DNA of 64,000 nt from Candidatus Helarchaeota archaeon (GTDB taxonomy: Archaea; Asgardarchaeota; Lokiarchaeia; Helarchaeales; RDOG01), in contig JALGVI010000003.1 of NCBI GenBank assembly GCA_029838215.1, forward strand, positions 68,699-132,698, given 5' to 3'. The notes under the pieces are model-generated. The model searched no databases. It worked only from the letters and a program-made list of their open reading frames with translations, and was not told the origin of the DNA. Below are positions 21,894 through 32,611 of the stretch, one piece after another. Position numbers and translations under genes: made by a program. Each line of letters begins with the position of its first letter. The first letter of the stretch is position 1.

Positions 21894-24467
21894 TTACTTT
21901 GACAGACGTAATTTTCTCTTTGCTTTTTGATGGCGTTTTTCAATGAGTTCTCGCGTTGCTCGAAAAACATGCTTTTGTTCTTTTTCATTCAATTTGAGAA
22001 TGTCAAAAATTATTTCATCAAATGGATTTGACCGAGCACTTGAAGTTCTTGTCATGGTGTCTTGCAAGGGTAAGTCTTGGTAAGTCTTAACGAGCATTGT
22101 TTCAAGATGAATTTCTTGAAAAAATTCTTTTCTAATGACGGGTATTTGGCGATAGTCCGTGGGATCGATCTTTAGGAGTCCGCCACCGAGATTTCTCTTT
22201 CCAAATAGCTCCATGAAAAGCCACCCTACAATCGAATTAAAAAAAATCCATAATGGATGGCTGTACTCTTTATCTTTCAGCCGAATTTCCGTGAAACTAT
22301 TGCTTGTGATTGCTTTAGCATCATTTATTGTGCAAAAATGTTTTGTTCCGACTCCACACGGTAAAATTAAGTCTGCAGGAATCCTTACCGGTATTTTCCA
22401 CCATTCTTTTTTCCGGGAAAGTGTTTTTGTTTGATTAATTCCTGTTCGTTCAGCCCATCTAATATATCCTAATGCTTTCGTGCCTTGAAGTTCTTCTCGG
22501 GACTTTGGGCAGTAGAAGAAATATCTTGGTACTTGCTCCGATAATAGGACTAAACTTCTGACATCTCGTGTTGTTTTTAATCCCAATTTCAAAAACTCTG
22601 CTTCAAGAGAATATTTCCGTGCAGTTTCTTGTAATGGATAAAAGAATTCATTGGCACCTGTTGATTTTCCTTCATTCACTTCAAGGTTTTGAATTGCTCC
22701 TAATTGAATGAAAATCTCGGCATTTTTTTCGATAATGATATGAAAGATATTCGGAGCGTGAAAAAAATAAGTTCCCCATTTTAAACCAAAATATTGCGTA
22801 TCTGTCCCAGTTTCACCCCTTATTTTGCACGCTTTTTTAAACAAGTCGCCTTGTTCTACTTGAATTTCTTTCCACTCTGGCTTAGCGGCTGTGTCAATGT
22901 GTGTGTTGAATTTCCTAATTGACTTTTTTGAAATAACGTCTTTAAAACTAGATCTCAGATGAATGAAACGGACGGAGTTACTAAAAAGAACTTCACTTCC
23001 CTTAGGTGCCTGCAAAAACGTAATTATTGTATTTATTTCTGCATCAAAGGTCTTTTTTGTGGGATTTATGATGGTAAGTATTTTAATATGGGTGAGAAGA
23101 AATTCTTGAAATTTCCTTCCGTATTCCGTATCTAGCCATGAATTCGTCGTGATAAAGCAAAGAATGCCTCTTGGTTTTAAACGAGCCAAAAAATGATAAA
23201 AAAAATACATGCAATAGTCTGAACGTCCACTTACTTGAACATTTTCATTCCAGAGTGAATTGAGTTTCTGAATAATGCCTTTCTTGTATTGTTTGATCTC
23301 TCGATTACTGGGATTGGTGATGTTTGAAGGCACGATTTTTTCCTTTTCCACGTAAGGAGGATTTCCAATAATAATATCAAATTTAGTACCATTCCAATTC
23401 AGATCATCGATAAGTGCATCTCCTTCAAGCAAATTGAATGACATTTCTGTTAAAGAAATATCACCAAGGTCAATATTTGATTCTTGAGAAATTGACATTA
23501 AAAACAATCTCAACTTGGTGAGCATCAGGGACCATGTCTGAATTTCGATTCCATGAATTGATTCTTGAATTATTTGCCTAATGATTTTTGAAGGATTGAT
23601 CTTTTTTCCCATTAAATCATGAAGCTTCTCCTGAATTTCTTTCAGGATCATGATCATTCCGGTTAGAAATGAGCCTGATCCGCACGCAGGATCGAGAATT
23701 CGTAATTTCCCTAGCATCTCAATGATTTTAGTAAGGACTTCTTTGGATGCTTCACGTATTTCAAAATCGAAGACGATTTGCAAGACCTGTTCATTCGAGA
23801 GTTCACTTGAAGTGGACAACCAATAGTATAATGCTTGACGGCACATGAAATCAATTTCTGCAGGAGGCGTGAAAAAAACACCCGTCCGTAATCGATTTTC
23901 TTCCCATAAGGTATTTTCATGAATGTATCCCAAAATGTCGGGACATATACTACTGGATGTCTCACTTAACGGTTCTTCTTTCAAAGTGAATTCAAATGTT
24001 AATCCTAATTCCTTGATAATCTCCGAAAATAAATTATCTGGTAAGTGTATCGAGAATATTTCTATTGGTATTGCATTTAAAACTTCATTCAATTGGGGAA
24101 CTCTATCGAGAACGGTATCAAACCATTCTTTATAACTCAAAAATTCACGAAATTCAAATTCATCCAATTTTTTTTTCAACAAGACTGAAGCAAGGACATC
24201 TTTGAAAAATGCATTTCTGCTTCCAAATTGATGTCTATATTGATTGAATATCTCATGTAGAGTGATTTTTTTCAATTCTGGTGAATATATTTGCAGTTTT
24301 TCCATGAAAAAGATTATTATGATAAAGTCAATGGTTTTCTGAGCAAGTTCATAAATTTCCGTGTTTGAGTGTTCTTCTTTTTTTATGGGTAATTGGATGA
24401 TTTTTCGGAGGATTCGCTTGTATTTTTGAAGAAATTTCCCATATAGCTCAAATTTGCGCTGACTCAC
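21894..24467 (-). CDS. Gamma-class N6-adenine DNA methyltransferase with TRD (Eco57I/Type IIG-like, no nuclease domain seen)
   Basis: GVFFTP, LDPACGSGSF, IIGNPPY, ITTNSWLD..YG, WLFMELFGK..LGGG. Confidence 0.88.
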   Translation of the reverse strand: MSQRKFELYGKFLQKYKRILRKIIQLPIKKEEHSNTEIYELAQKTIDFIIIIFFMEKLQIYSPELKKITLHEIFNQYRHQFGSRNAFFKDVLASVLLKKKLDEFEFREFLSYKEWFDTVLDRVPQLNEVLNAIPIEIFSIHLPDNLFSEIIKELGLTFEFTLKEEPLSETSSSICPDILGYIHENTLWEENRLRTGVFFTPPAEIDFMCRQALYYWLSTSSELSNEQVLQIVFDFEIREASKEVLTKIIEMLGKLRILDPACGSGSFLTGMIMILKEIQEKLHDLMGKKINPSKIIRQIIQESIHGIEIQTWSLMLTKLRLFLMSISQESNIDLGDISLTEMSFNLLEGDALIDDLNWNGTKFDIIIGNPPYVEKEKIVPSNITNPSNREIKQYKKGIIQKLNSLWNENVQVSGRSDYCMYFFYHFLARLKPRGILCFITTNSWLDTEYGRKFQEFLLTHIKILTIINPTKKTFDAEINTIITFLQAPKGSEVLFSNSVRFIHLRSSFKDVISKKSIRKFNTHIDTAAKPEWKEIQVEQGDLFKKACKIRGETGTDTQYFGLKWGTYFFHAPNIFHIIIEKNAEIFIQLGAIQNLEVNEGKSTGANEFFYPLQETARKYSLEAEFLKLGLKTTRDVRSLVLLSEQVPRYFFYCPKSREELQGTKALGYIRWAERTGINQTKTLSRKKEWWKIPVRIPADLILPCGVGTKHFCTINDAKAITSNSFTEIRLKDKEYSHPLWIFFNSIVGWLFMELFGKRNLGGGLLKIDPTDYRQIPVIRKEFFQEIHLETMLVKTYQDLPLQDTMTRTSSARSNPFDEIIFDILKLNEKEQKHVFRATRELIEKRHQKAKRKLRLSK

Positions 24468-24540
24468 TCTTCTTTTGGCTCCTTTAACGAAGTCCCTTTA
24501 AATTAAGCTTGAAATCATGAGTTTTTATTGCTTCGCAACT

Positions 24541-25788
24541 TTACTCAAATAAGAAAACCCTGACTTTTTCCCCTTTTGGAACGATTGAAACTAGTTCAGG
24601 GATTTCTATATAACCATCAGCTTTTGCAAGTGTTGTAATTGATTCAGATCCTGTAGGAATTGGATATATTTTAAACATGCCCGCTTCCTCTTTCACGGAT
24701 ACCATTTTAAATTCAAGCCTGCCCTGTTCTGAATAGATACGCTTTGCAGTCTCGCCTTCAAGCGTTCGTTTTGTTTCTTTTGGTAAACGTGCTGCCTTAT
24801 TGATTAATGGAGTAATGAATTGATTAAAAATTGTTAGACAACTAGTCGGATACCCTGGGAGAATAATAATGATCTTTACATTTTCTTCCACGTTGACGGC
24901 ACAAATAAGTGTCGGTTTTCCTGGTTTGATTTGAATCCCGTGAATTAAGAAGATGATATCATCTAATTGTTTAACAATAGCGGGAAGATAGTCTCCAATA
25001 CCTTTCGACGTGCCCCCTGAGAAAATAATAAAATCTGATTCTTTCAGTTCTCGTTTGAGAACCGTTTTTAATGAGTTTGGATCGTCTTTCAAGATTCCCT
25101 TAAAAATTGGTTGTCCACCAGCTCGTATTATGGCATGGTACAATGTAGTTGAATTAATGTCGTATATTTTCCCTGGTAATAATGGCTCTCCAGGGGTTAG
25201 AACCTCGTCTCCGGTGCTATATATGACTATTTTTGGTTTATTATAAACCTTTACTTGAGTCATTCCAACCGCACTTAAGACTCCCAAATCTCGAACGGTG
25301 AGAATTTTTCTTTTTGAAAGGATTTTTTCACCTTTTTTCACGTCAGTCCCTATCTTGATGACGTATTGCCCTGGGGAAACCGCTTGAAATATCTTAACTT
25401 TATTTTCTAATTCTTCAACATTTTCAATCATGACTACTGCGTCTGCACCTTCGGGCAAGGGGGCACCTGTTGCGATTTTTACACATTGAGACTCTTGAAC
25501 TGTTCCCTCGAAAGTCGCCCCTGCAGGAACTTCTCCAATTTTATTCAAGGTCACAGGAGTAGTTTCTGTGGCTTCAAATGTATCCCGTGCAACAACAGCA
25601 TATCCATCCATGCGAGATTTGATAAAATGAGGAACATTAATAGGAGCGAAAATATTGTCTGCCAGGACTCGGTTTTGAGCATCATTCAAATCAACAAGCT
25701 CTGTTTCGCGTGCAAGCCAAACAAGTCCGCTTAAGATATTTTCTACTTCTGTCTTAGTAATTGCCTGATAGAACCTTTCGTTTCCCAC
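24541..25788 (-). CDS. moeA: Molybdopterin molybdotransferase MoeA (copy 1)
   Basis: SRMDGYAV, IATGAPLPEGADAVVMIE, STGDE, FSGGTSKG, IKPGKP, LPGYP. Confidence 0.95.
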   Translation of the reverse strand: MGNERFYQAITKTEVENILSGLVWLARETELVDLNDAQNRVLADNIFAPINVPHFIKSRMDGYAVVARDTFEATETTPVTLNKIGEVPAGATFEGTVQESQCVKIATGAPLPEGADAVVMIENVEELENKVKIFQAVSPGQYVIKIGTDVKKGEKILSKRKILTVRDLGVLSAVGMTQVKVYNKPKIVIYSTGDEVLTPGEPLLPGKIYDINSTTLYHAIIRAGGQPIFKGILKDDPNSLKTVLKRELKESDFIIFSGGTSKGIGDYLPAIVKQLDDIIFLIHGIQIKPGKPTLICAVNVEENVKIIIILPGYPTSCLTIFNQFITPLINKAARLPKETKRTLEGETAKRIYSEQGRLEFKMVSVKEEAGMFKIYPIPTGSESITTLAKADGYIEIPELVSIVPKGEKVRVFLFE

Positions 25789-25797
25789 AATATCACC

Positions 25798-27042
25798 TCA
25801 AAATTTCACGGATAATGGAAGGTACAAGGATATCTCAACTTCAGTGTCCTTTTCGAACCCTTCCACATTCTCTGGGATTTCAAGAACACCATCGGCTCTT
25901 GTTGTTGAGCTAATAATACCTGCTGCTTTAATTCGCACGCTTGTCGCTTCTAATATATTTCCACTCTTATCTATCCTCACCCGAACGAAATCACGTCTTC
26001 CCAATTTTGATGGTATGGCTGTTCGAAGTCTTGCTTTTACTTTCGGTCGTGGATCTGTTACTGATGCTCCTTGCATTTTTCGTATTGTCGGTCCCGTAAA
26101 CACTTCAAAAGCAATCATCGTAGATACTGGAAATCCCGGCAAGCAAAATATCAAATTGTCTTGGACTTTTCCCACTGCAATTGGGCTTCCAGGGCGCATC
26201 GAAACGCCGTGAAATAATATTTCTCCTTCTTCTTGAAGGATTAATGGTAAGTAATCCCTTTCACCAACTGAAGTTCCTCCCGAAAAAACAACGATATCTG
26301 CATCGAGGGCCGAATGAAGTGCATTTTTTAAAATATCTTTATCATCCTGAATGATGCCCCTCTTTATTGGCACTCCGCCGTATAATTCTGTATAAGACTT
26401 AATTAAACATGAATTAGTTTCAATGATTTGCCCGATTTTAGGCGTTTTTCCTGGTTCAATTAATTCACTTCCCGTGGATATTATTGCAACTCGGGGTTGT
26501 TTATAGACTGGGATTTCAATGATCCCACTAGAAATAAGGATTGTAAGATCTTGCGGTCTAAGCGCGTGCCCTTTTTTTAAAAGAAGATCTCCTTTTTTTA
26601 CATCTTCGCCTAATTTCATGACGTGTTTACCCGGAACTGTGGGAAAATGAATTTCCAATTGTCCATTTTCTTCTTCTGCCTCTTCAATCTTGATGACTGC
26701 GTTTGCTCCCTTGGGAATGGGTGATCCCGTGGCTACCTGAATCGCCGTGCCCGAGTGAACTTCTTTTTGTGAGGTTTCATAAATTTGAATTTGATCAATG
26801 ATTTGCATTCTTGCAGGGTTAGTTTGACTACACCCAAATGTGTCTTCGGCTCGAACGGCATATCCGTCCATTGCCGACCGTTCAAAATGAGGAATGTTTA
26901 CCCGTGAATGAATGTCTTTTGCCACAACTCTTCTTAATGCAGAATCTACGTTGATAATTTCCTCTGGCATTAACTTGAAATGTGTTTCTAAGATTCTCCA
27001 TGCATCCTGAATGGATACTAATTGTCTAAATCCATCTTTCAT
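25798..27042 (-). CDS. moeA: Molybdopterin molybdotransferase MoeA (copy 2)
   Basis: SAMDGYAV, VATGSPIPKGANAV, STGSE, SGGTSVGERD, MRPGSP, LPGFP. Confidence 0.95.
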   Translation of the reverse strand: MKDGFRQLVSIQDAWRILETHFKLMPEEIINVDSALRRVVAKDIHSRVNIPHFERSAMDGYAVRAEDTFGCSQTNPARMQIIDQIQIYETSQKEVHSGTAIQVATGSPIPKGANAVIKIEEAEEENGQLEIHFPTVPGKHVMKLGEDVKKGDLLLKKGHALRPQDLTILISSGIIEIPVYKQPRVAIISTGSELIEPGKTPKIGQIIETNSCLIKSYTELYGGVPIKRGIIQDDKDILKNALHSALDADIVVFSGGTSVGERDYLPLILQEEGEILFHGVSMRPGSPIAVGKVQDNLIFCLPGFPVSTMIAFEVFTGPTIRKMQGASVTDPRPKVKARLRTAIPSKLGRRDFVRVRIDKSGNILEATSVRIKAAGIISSTTRADGVLEIPENVEGFEKDTEVEISLYLPLSVKF

Positions 27043-27201
27043 TCGTTTAAAGCTCCATCCAAGTCAAATCATTTACATGTATTTAGTCTTTTAACAAGTT
27101 AATTCTCAAATATTTCTATGGTCTGATGCCTTAAAAATGAGATAGCGACTAAAAAAAAAGGAAATTTAGACTTTTTAAGACAGTTATCCACACGAGCGAA
27201 T

Positions 27202-28404
27202 TTAAAGATCATCCAATTTATTCTTCAGTTCTTCAATTACGCCAAGTATCTTTTCATCAGGACGGTTTTCTTCATAACTGTTTTTAATGAATTTTTCAAA
27301 GAAATCCAACTCTTCCAATAGGTTGGGTTTGACGTGTAGTCCCTTGATTTTAAATTCCTTGGAAATACGTTTAGTTTTATCAACCACGCTTAAGAATGAC
27401 CAAGACGGTAAATTCTTTAATATTATTTTTTCAAGTGCCTTGTTGACAAGTCTGGTGTTATGCAAGATTAATTGTCTTTTAGGAAGGGAAGAATCTCTCA
27501 CTAATTCGATTTCATCACCCACGTGTACCGTCCAACGGGATTTTTTCCTATTAACTTTTACCCAAATCGGTAATATGGGGGAACCAAACTTTAATGCCTT
27601 GGCTGCCACTGCTGGAACCGTTCGGCAGTACTCGGAAAAAAACTTAACATATGGAAATATTTTATATCCTGAGTCTGCTAACCAAATTAAAATTCCATTA
27701 TTCTCAAGGACTTTATTAATACTCTTTCCCACTGAAGGATCTTGTTCCACGGCATCTATTACATCAATGGCTGCCTTCATGTCATTAATAATTGCAGGAA
27801 CAGTTTTGACATCAATTAATTGAGTTACTTTGTATCCGCTGTAACCAAGAAATGACGTGCAAACCATGTGATGCCCGTGATGTGCTGCAAGCAGTATGAC
27901 TCCTTTTCCTTTACGTTTTGCCTCATCAATTTTTTCCAATCCAAAGCCCTTCACATATTTCGGAACATCTGATGGATATCGTCGAAATGAGCAAAATACA
28001 AGCAAATCTTCAAACCAAAGCCGTCCCATGAATTCGAAGTGCTTGAGGGCGATATATTCCTTGATTTTTTCACGCGTTTGGTGATCATAACGCTGGAGTC
28101 TATCTTTAAGAACAAACTCGACATTGTCCATTGTTTGTGTTTTAAATTTTTTGTCCAAACCCGAAATGAATCTGCAAAACTTCGAAAATAGATACACCCA
28201 AATGAATGGTAATTTTCTCGTGAATTTGAACCAGTTTTTTCGATTCATGAGCTTGACGAAACCGATATTGAATGGATGTGCGTAAGGGTTTACAAAGGAA
28301 TCTTGAGTTCCTGCTGAGTTAAATTCAATTTTTTCAACTTGTACTCGCCCAAAAAGATTAATGTGGAGTATTTTTTCTAATAAAGATTTCTTTTCTTTAT
28401 TCAT
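27202..28404 (-). CDS. Lysophospholipid/lipid-A-type acyltransferase (LpxL/HtrB-like), atypical active site
   Basis: GLEKIDEAKRKGKGVILLAAHHGH, LIWLADSG, VKFF, KFGSPILP, N..LEKII match the family layout; the usual HxGNWE reads HHGHHM. Confidence 0.7.
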   Translation of the reverse strand: MNKEKKSLLEKILHINLFGRVQVEKIEFNSAGTQDSFVNPYAHPFNIGFVKLMNRKNWFKFTRKLPFIWVYLFSKFCRFISGLDKKFKTQTMDNVEFVLKDRLQRYDHQTREKIKEYIALKHFEFMGRLWFEDLLVFCSFRRYPSDVPKYVKGFGLEKIDEAKRKGKGVILLAAHHGHHMVCTSFLGYSGYKVTQLIDVKTVPAIINDMKAAIDVIDAVEQDPSVGKSINKVLENNGILIWLADSGYKIFPYVKFFSEYCRTVPAVAAKALKFGSPILPIWVKVNRKKSRWTVHVGDEIELVRDSSLPKRQLILHNTRLVNKALEKIILKNLPSWSFLSVVDKTKRISKEFKIKGLHVKPNLLEELDFFEKFIKNSYEENRPDEKILGVIEELKNKLDDL

Positions 28405-28539
28405 ATCTGCCCGTTCCGATTTCGATTAAGTTATTCTTATGGCTTTTATTTTTAAACAAACTTAATAAAAATATGGATGATTTTTAAAATATAAATTTGC
28501 AATAGAATTTTTATTTCAGACGAATTTGCGTGGTCTGAC

Positions 28540-31380
28540 GTGACGAGGCTAAAGAAAAAGCACGGAAACTTTCAACGACAAGTTGAAAAAACATTTTTGA
28601 ATTCGATGAAAGAGCTAAATGAGTTTATCATTTATGAATTATTGAAGCAACCACAAATTACCGATTTAATTACTGGGGTTGTAGGATCTTCGAGTTCAAG
28701 TAGTTGGAATAAAAGTCGATTTTTTTTACAAGAATTGTTATTTTATCATGCAGACATTATATTGATTAGGGCTTTTTTCGAATATATTCTGAAGAATGGA
28801 AGTAATGAAAGAAAAGTTTTTCACGTTTCATTAATAAAACCGACAAATCTCGAAGAAGATGCGGCATTTTCGAAAATCCAACAATCTTTTAGCGATTTTG
28901 AACATGCCAAAATTAAAGAATTGCTCCTAAGAAAAATGGAAGTCCAATTTTCTTCCTATAAAGAATTTATCAAGCCGACTTTTCTATCACTTTATTTGGA
29001 GAATTCTTTAAAGTATAAAAGATTACTCACGTGGAATGATAGCTTGAGCGTGGTTGTTAAATTTGTTTACGTGAAGTCATTGAAGAAGGGAAAAGGTGTT
29101 TACTATACATCTCCTGAAATTTGTGAAAAAATGATTTATTTATCATTAAAGCCCTTATGTGAAACAAAGATCTTAAATCCATTGCGAGAATTGATTTCTA
29201 AACAATCAAAGCTTGATTCTCAAGAAATAAAATCCCGCCTTTCTTCGATAATGAATCATTTATTACAACTAAAAATACTCGATCCATCAATGGGAACGGG
29301 CAACTTTCTGATTGCCGCTTTTAACTTCTTGGGCGGCTTGCACGAGGTTATCGTGAATGAATTGAAAAAGATTGACGTGGAAATAGTCAATGAGGTTCTT
29401 CGCTCCGAAAAAGCAAACTTTCTTATGGATGGAACACCTAATAACTTTTCTCTGTGGCAAGAACATATTTTAACTCATGTCCTGCACGGGCTTGATATTG
29501 ATCCTAAGGCGACCTTGATTGCAAAAATGCTCCTTTTCCTTGAATTTGTCAATTCTTTTAAAGCTTCAGATGATCTTTTTTGGAAGTTGGACCTGAATTT
29601 TTTGACAAGAAATGCTTTGGTTTCCCCCATTAATTTTCATGATGAAGATGCAGGACGGCATTTTAGATCATGCCAGAAACAAATGGTGAGCATTTTGAAT
29701 ATCAGAGAAAAACTCCGGCAGATTACCGATGTTTCAGAAATTCTATCATTAACTGAAAAAAAGAAACTCATTGAAACCCAACTTCGTGATGGATTCATCC
29801 AAGAAATGTTAACAAGTGAAATATTAAGACAAGACGATCTACAAAAGTTCATGCCGGTAATATGGCAACTTGATTTTCCTGAAATCTTCTTTTTGAAGGA
29901 TGGCACGTTGAAGCATGCTTCACGGCAAGGTTTTGATCTCGTGATTGGAAATCCACCCTGGGAAAAATGGAAGGGGCAAAAACACGAGTGGGGTGAGTTG
30001 TTTGCAAGCACGAGCCTCTATAAAACAGGAAATACCGCTGAGGTTGTTTCGGAGCTTTTAAAAAAGGATGAACTTCGTCAAGATTTTGAAGATTATAAAG
30101 GTCATTACAGGAGAGTTGCTCGATTCCTAAAAGCACGTTTTAGTTTGACAAGTCGTGGCGATCAAAACCTTTACAAGATATTTCTCGAACTTTTTTTGAT
30201 ATTAACTAAGAAAGATGGCATTTTTTCCATTATATGTCCAGCAGATGTTCTTTCAAATAAAGGTACTGATATTCTCCGATCCCATTTATTGAAGAATGTG
30301 AATATTTCATCACTCCTTGAAATCATTTCCGGCAAAGAATTTTTCCCGCAGATCCACGATAATATTTCCGTCATGATCCTGACGGTTCGCAAGGGAAATC
30401 CCACGAAATTTATTTATACTCGCACGAAAATCTCAACGAAAGATGGTCTCTTAGATGTTGATGATGACTTGGTTCGGAAGAAATTGAAGCAAAATATCAA
30501 GATGGGTAAGAATCCACCCCACATTTCCTATTTCTCTGCTTCTATTATTGAGAACCACACCCCAAAGACTAATTCCATTCCACTTTTTGATTCTTCACGC
30601 TCTGTTTCTGTCACCCGTAAGATGTTCCGTTATCCAAAACTTGGAGACAAAGAATGGGGCTGTAAAACCTCGTCTGGATTTCACATGACAAAAGCACGAA
30701 GAAATCGTTGGATTATTCGGCAGAAAACTCGCATCCCCGTTATCAAGGGTGAAAACTTGGTTCGATTTGGACATAATAATAAAATAAAATGGTGGGTGCA
30801 AGAAGAAAAGGAAAAAAATCTTACATTCTGGGGTCAAGATTATATCGGATGGAAAAACGTCACAGGAAACGACTCGCGAAGAAGAATGCGCGTCGTGCTT
30901 TTCAAGGCCAATACCGTAGCAGTCGGCAATTGCATCAATGTTATTTATAATTTTCCATTAGGATCTGGTAAATATCTCTGTGCAATGATGAACTCCCTGC
31001 CTTTTGAGTTCCGGCTCAGGCAAATCTGCTTGGGAAATAACATAAACAATTACATAATGGAAGAAATGCCTGTTCCCCTGCATGATCCTTCTAATCTAAT
31101 CCACCGTGCAATTGAATCATGGTACGATGATTTTCATCCAATGAGCATGGATTGGGCAAGACTTCACGGAAATACAAGGTCTTCAATTAAAAAATCCAAT
31201 TTAGAGCTAAGATACATCCAATATTCTTCCCAACTTGATGCTCTAAGTGCGATGGCTTATGATTTAGATCAGGAAGATCTCAACACCGTGTTAGCTGCTC
31301 ACGATAAGCTTTGGAATGATTATAAAAAACTCGTTATACAAAATTTCAAAGATTTTAAAGCAAAATTCTCAAAGGAATGA
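28540..31380 (+). CDS. Gamma-class N6-adenine DNA methyltransferase with TRD (Type IIG-like, no nuclease domain seen)
   Basis: GVYYTSP, LDPSMGTGNF, LHGLDID, WQLDFPEIF, GFDLVIGNPPW, MNSLPFEF, LDALSAMAYDL. Confidence 0.88.
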   Translation: MTRLKKKHGNFQRQVEKTFLNSMKELNEFIIYELLKQPQITDLITGVVGSSSSSSWNKSRFFLQELLFYHADIILIRAFFEYILKNGSNERKVFHVSLIKPTNLEEDAAFSKIQQSFSDFEHAKIKELLLRKMEVQFSSYKEFIKPTFLSLYLENSLKYKRLLTWNDSLSVVVKFVYVKSLKKGKGVYYTSPEICEKMIYLSLKPLCETKILNPLRELISKQSKLDSQEIKSRLSSIMNHLLQLKILDPSMGTGNFLIAAFNFLGGLHEVIVNELKKIDVEIVNEVLRSEKANFLMDGTPNNFSLWQEHILTHVLHGLDIDPKATLIAKMLLFLEFVNSFKASDDLFWKLDLNFLTRNALVSPINFHDEDAGRHFRSCQKQMVSILNIREKLRQITDVSEILSLTEKKKLIETQLRDGFIQEMLTSEILRQDDLQKFMPVIWQLDFPEIFFLKDGTLKHASRQGFDLVIGNPPWEKWKGQKHEWGELFASTSLYKTGNTAEVVSELLKKDELRQDFEDYKGHYRRVARFLKARFSLTSRGDQNLYKIFLELFLILTKKDGIFSIICPADVLSNKGTDILRSHLLKNVNISSLLEIISGKEFFPQIHDNISVMILTVRKGNPTKFIYTRTKISTKDGLLDVDDDLVRKKLKQNIKMGKNPPHISYFSASIIENHTPKTNSIPLFDSSRSVSVTRKMFRYPKLGDKEWGCKTSSGFHMTKARRNRWIIRQKTRIPVIKGENLVRFGHNNKIKWWVQEEKEKNLTFWGQDYIGWKNVTGNDSRRRMRVVLFKANTVAVGNCINVIYNFPLGSGKYLCAMMNSLPFEFRLRQICLGNNINNYIMEEMPVPLHDPSNLIHRAIESWYDDFHPMSMDWARLHGNTRSSIKKSNLELRYIQYSSQLDALSAMAYDLDQEDLNTVLAAHDKLWNDYKKLVIQNFKDFKAKFSKE

Positions 31381-31439
31381 ATCAGCAGAAGAAGATAACA
31401 AATCTTTTTTAAAAAGAATTGGAAGCATTTTAGATTTTC

Positions 31440-32060
31440 TCATCGTGTTTTTGCACCCGCAAATGGATATATTTTCTGGAACTCTTTAAATATTTCATTA
31501 AAAGGGAATTCTGCTGAAGTCCCCCTGTCTAAAACATATTCAATGTGTTTTTCACCATTTTTTGTTTTGGATGGTAGTATGGCATCGTGTATTCCGTCAA
31601 ATTCAACAGGAATGTGCCCAAATTTCTCACAAAGACCAAGATCAAATGCGGGAGTTGCCTTGACCCATTTTCCTTTCAAGAAAAGATCAGCATATCCGTG
31701 ATAGACAAAGAGATTTGTTCCCATGTGTTTCATCAATTTCTCCGTGGCTTGATAATTTCTAATATCGGCAAAATGAAATCGAGCAGGAATCTCAACGGCT
31801 CTGGCTAATGCAATCAGGACACATGCTTTTTGAACACACCAACCGATTCTCGCCTTGATCCTGCTTGATGCCTTATATCGAGATTTTCCTACAAATAGGC
31901 TATTGTAAGGATCATAACGTACCTCATCACGTGTCCAATAAAAAACTGTTTTTGCTTTCTCAATGGGATCTTTGATGTCCTTTGTAAGTTTTTCAGCCAC
32001 TTCAAGAACGATTGGGGAATCCGAATCCACAAAATAGGTTGGCTCTAAATATTCTTTCAT
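31440..32060 (-). CDS. Transglutaminase-like cysteine protease domain protein
   Basis: VFYWTRDEVRYD, GWCVQKA (Cys), IPARF, YHGY (His), GKWVKATP. Confidence 0.85.
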   Translation of the reverse strand: MKEYLEPTYFVDSDSPIVLEVAEKLTKDIKDPIEKAKTVFYWTRDEVRYDPYNSLFVGKSRYKASSRIKARIGWCVQKACVLIALARAVEIPARFHFADIRNYQATEKLMKHMGTNLFVYHGYADLFLKGKWVKATPAFDLGLCEKFGHIPVEFDGIHDAILPSKTKNGEKHIEYVLDRGTSAEFPFNEIFKEFQKIYPFAGAKTR

Positions 32061-32191
32061 TTGAAATTCCTTATGGTAAATTCCTACAATATATTTGTGA
32101 ATCTTTTTATCAATGCTTGAGTTATAAAAGATTAGTTAAAATTTATATTTAATTATTACAAAAAACGGAAAGTCTTCAAAAAGGAAGGAAG

Positions 32192-32611
32192 ATTGAGAAT
32201 ATTTCTAGATTAAATCGGTACAGAGAGAAAATGAATTTCATCATTGAAAAGATGGAGACCATACCAGTAAACAACTATACTATTTTGGAAAAAGAAGGCA
32301 TTTTTTATAGAGAAATTGTTTCAATTGAAGCCGCGATGGATTTAATCGCAATGATGTTGAAGGACATGGGTAAAACTGTTTCGGATGATTATTCCAACAT
32401 ACAAAATCTGATGGATTTGAAAATTATCTCTAAAGAACTTGCTAATGAATTAAGAAAATGTAATGGACTTAGAAACGTGTTGGTCCATCGATATAACTCT
32501 ATTGATGATGATCTTGCAATAAATTCGATTAGTGAAATAAAAACAATCTTATCTGACCTGATCAAAATCGTTGAGGATTTCTTGAATGAATTTGGAAAAA
32601 ATACGCAATGA
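32192..32611 (+). CDS. hepT: HEPN-domain toxin (DUF86/HepT-like); probable ATT start
   Basis: RX4HXY motif GLRNVLVHRY; open frame ENISRLNRYREK continues upstream of ATG 32231 to ATT 32192 placed 6 nt after AAGGA. Confidence 0.85.
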   Translation: MENISRLNRYREKMNFIIEKMETIPVNNYTILEKEGIFYREIVSIEAAMDLIAMMLKDMGKTVSDDYSNIQNLMDLKIISKELANELRKCNGLRNVLVHRYNSIDDDLAINSISEIKTILSDLIKIVEDFLNEFGKNTQ

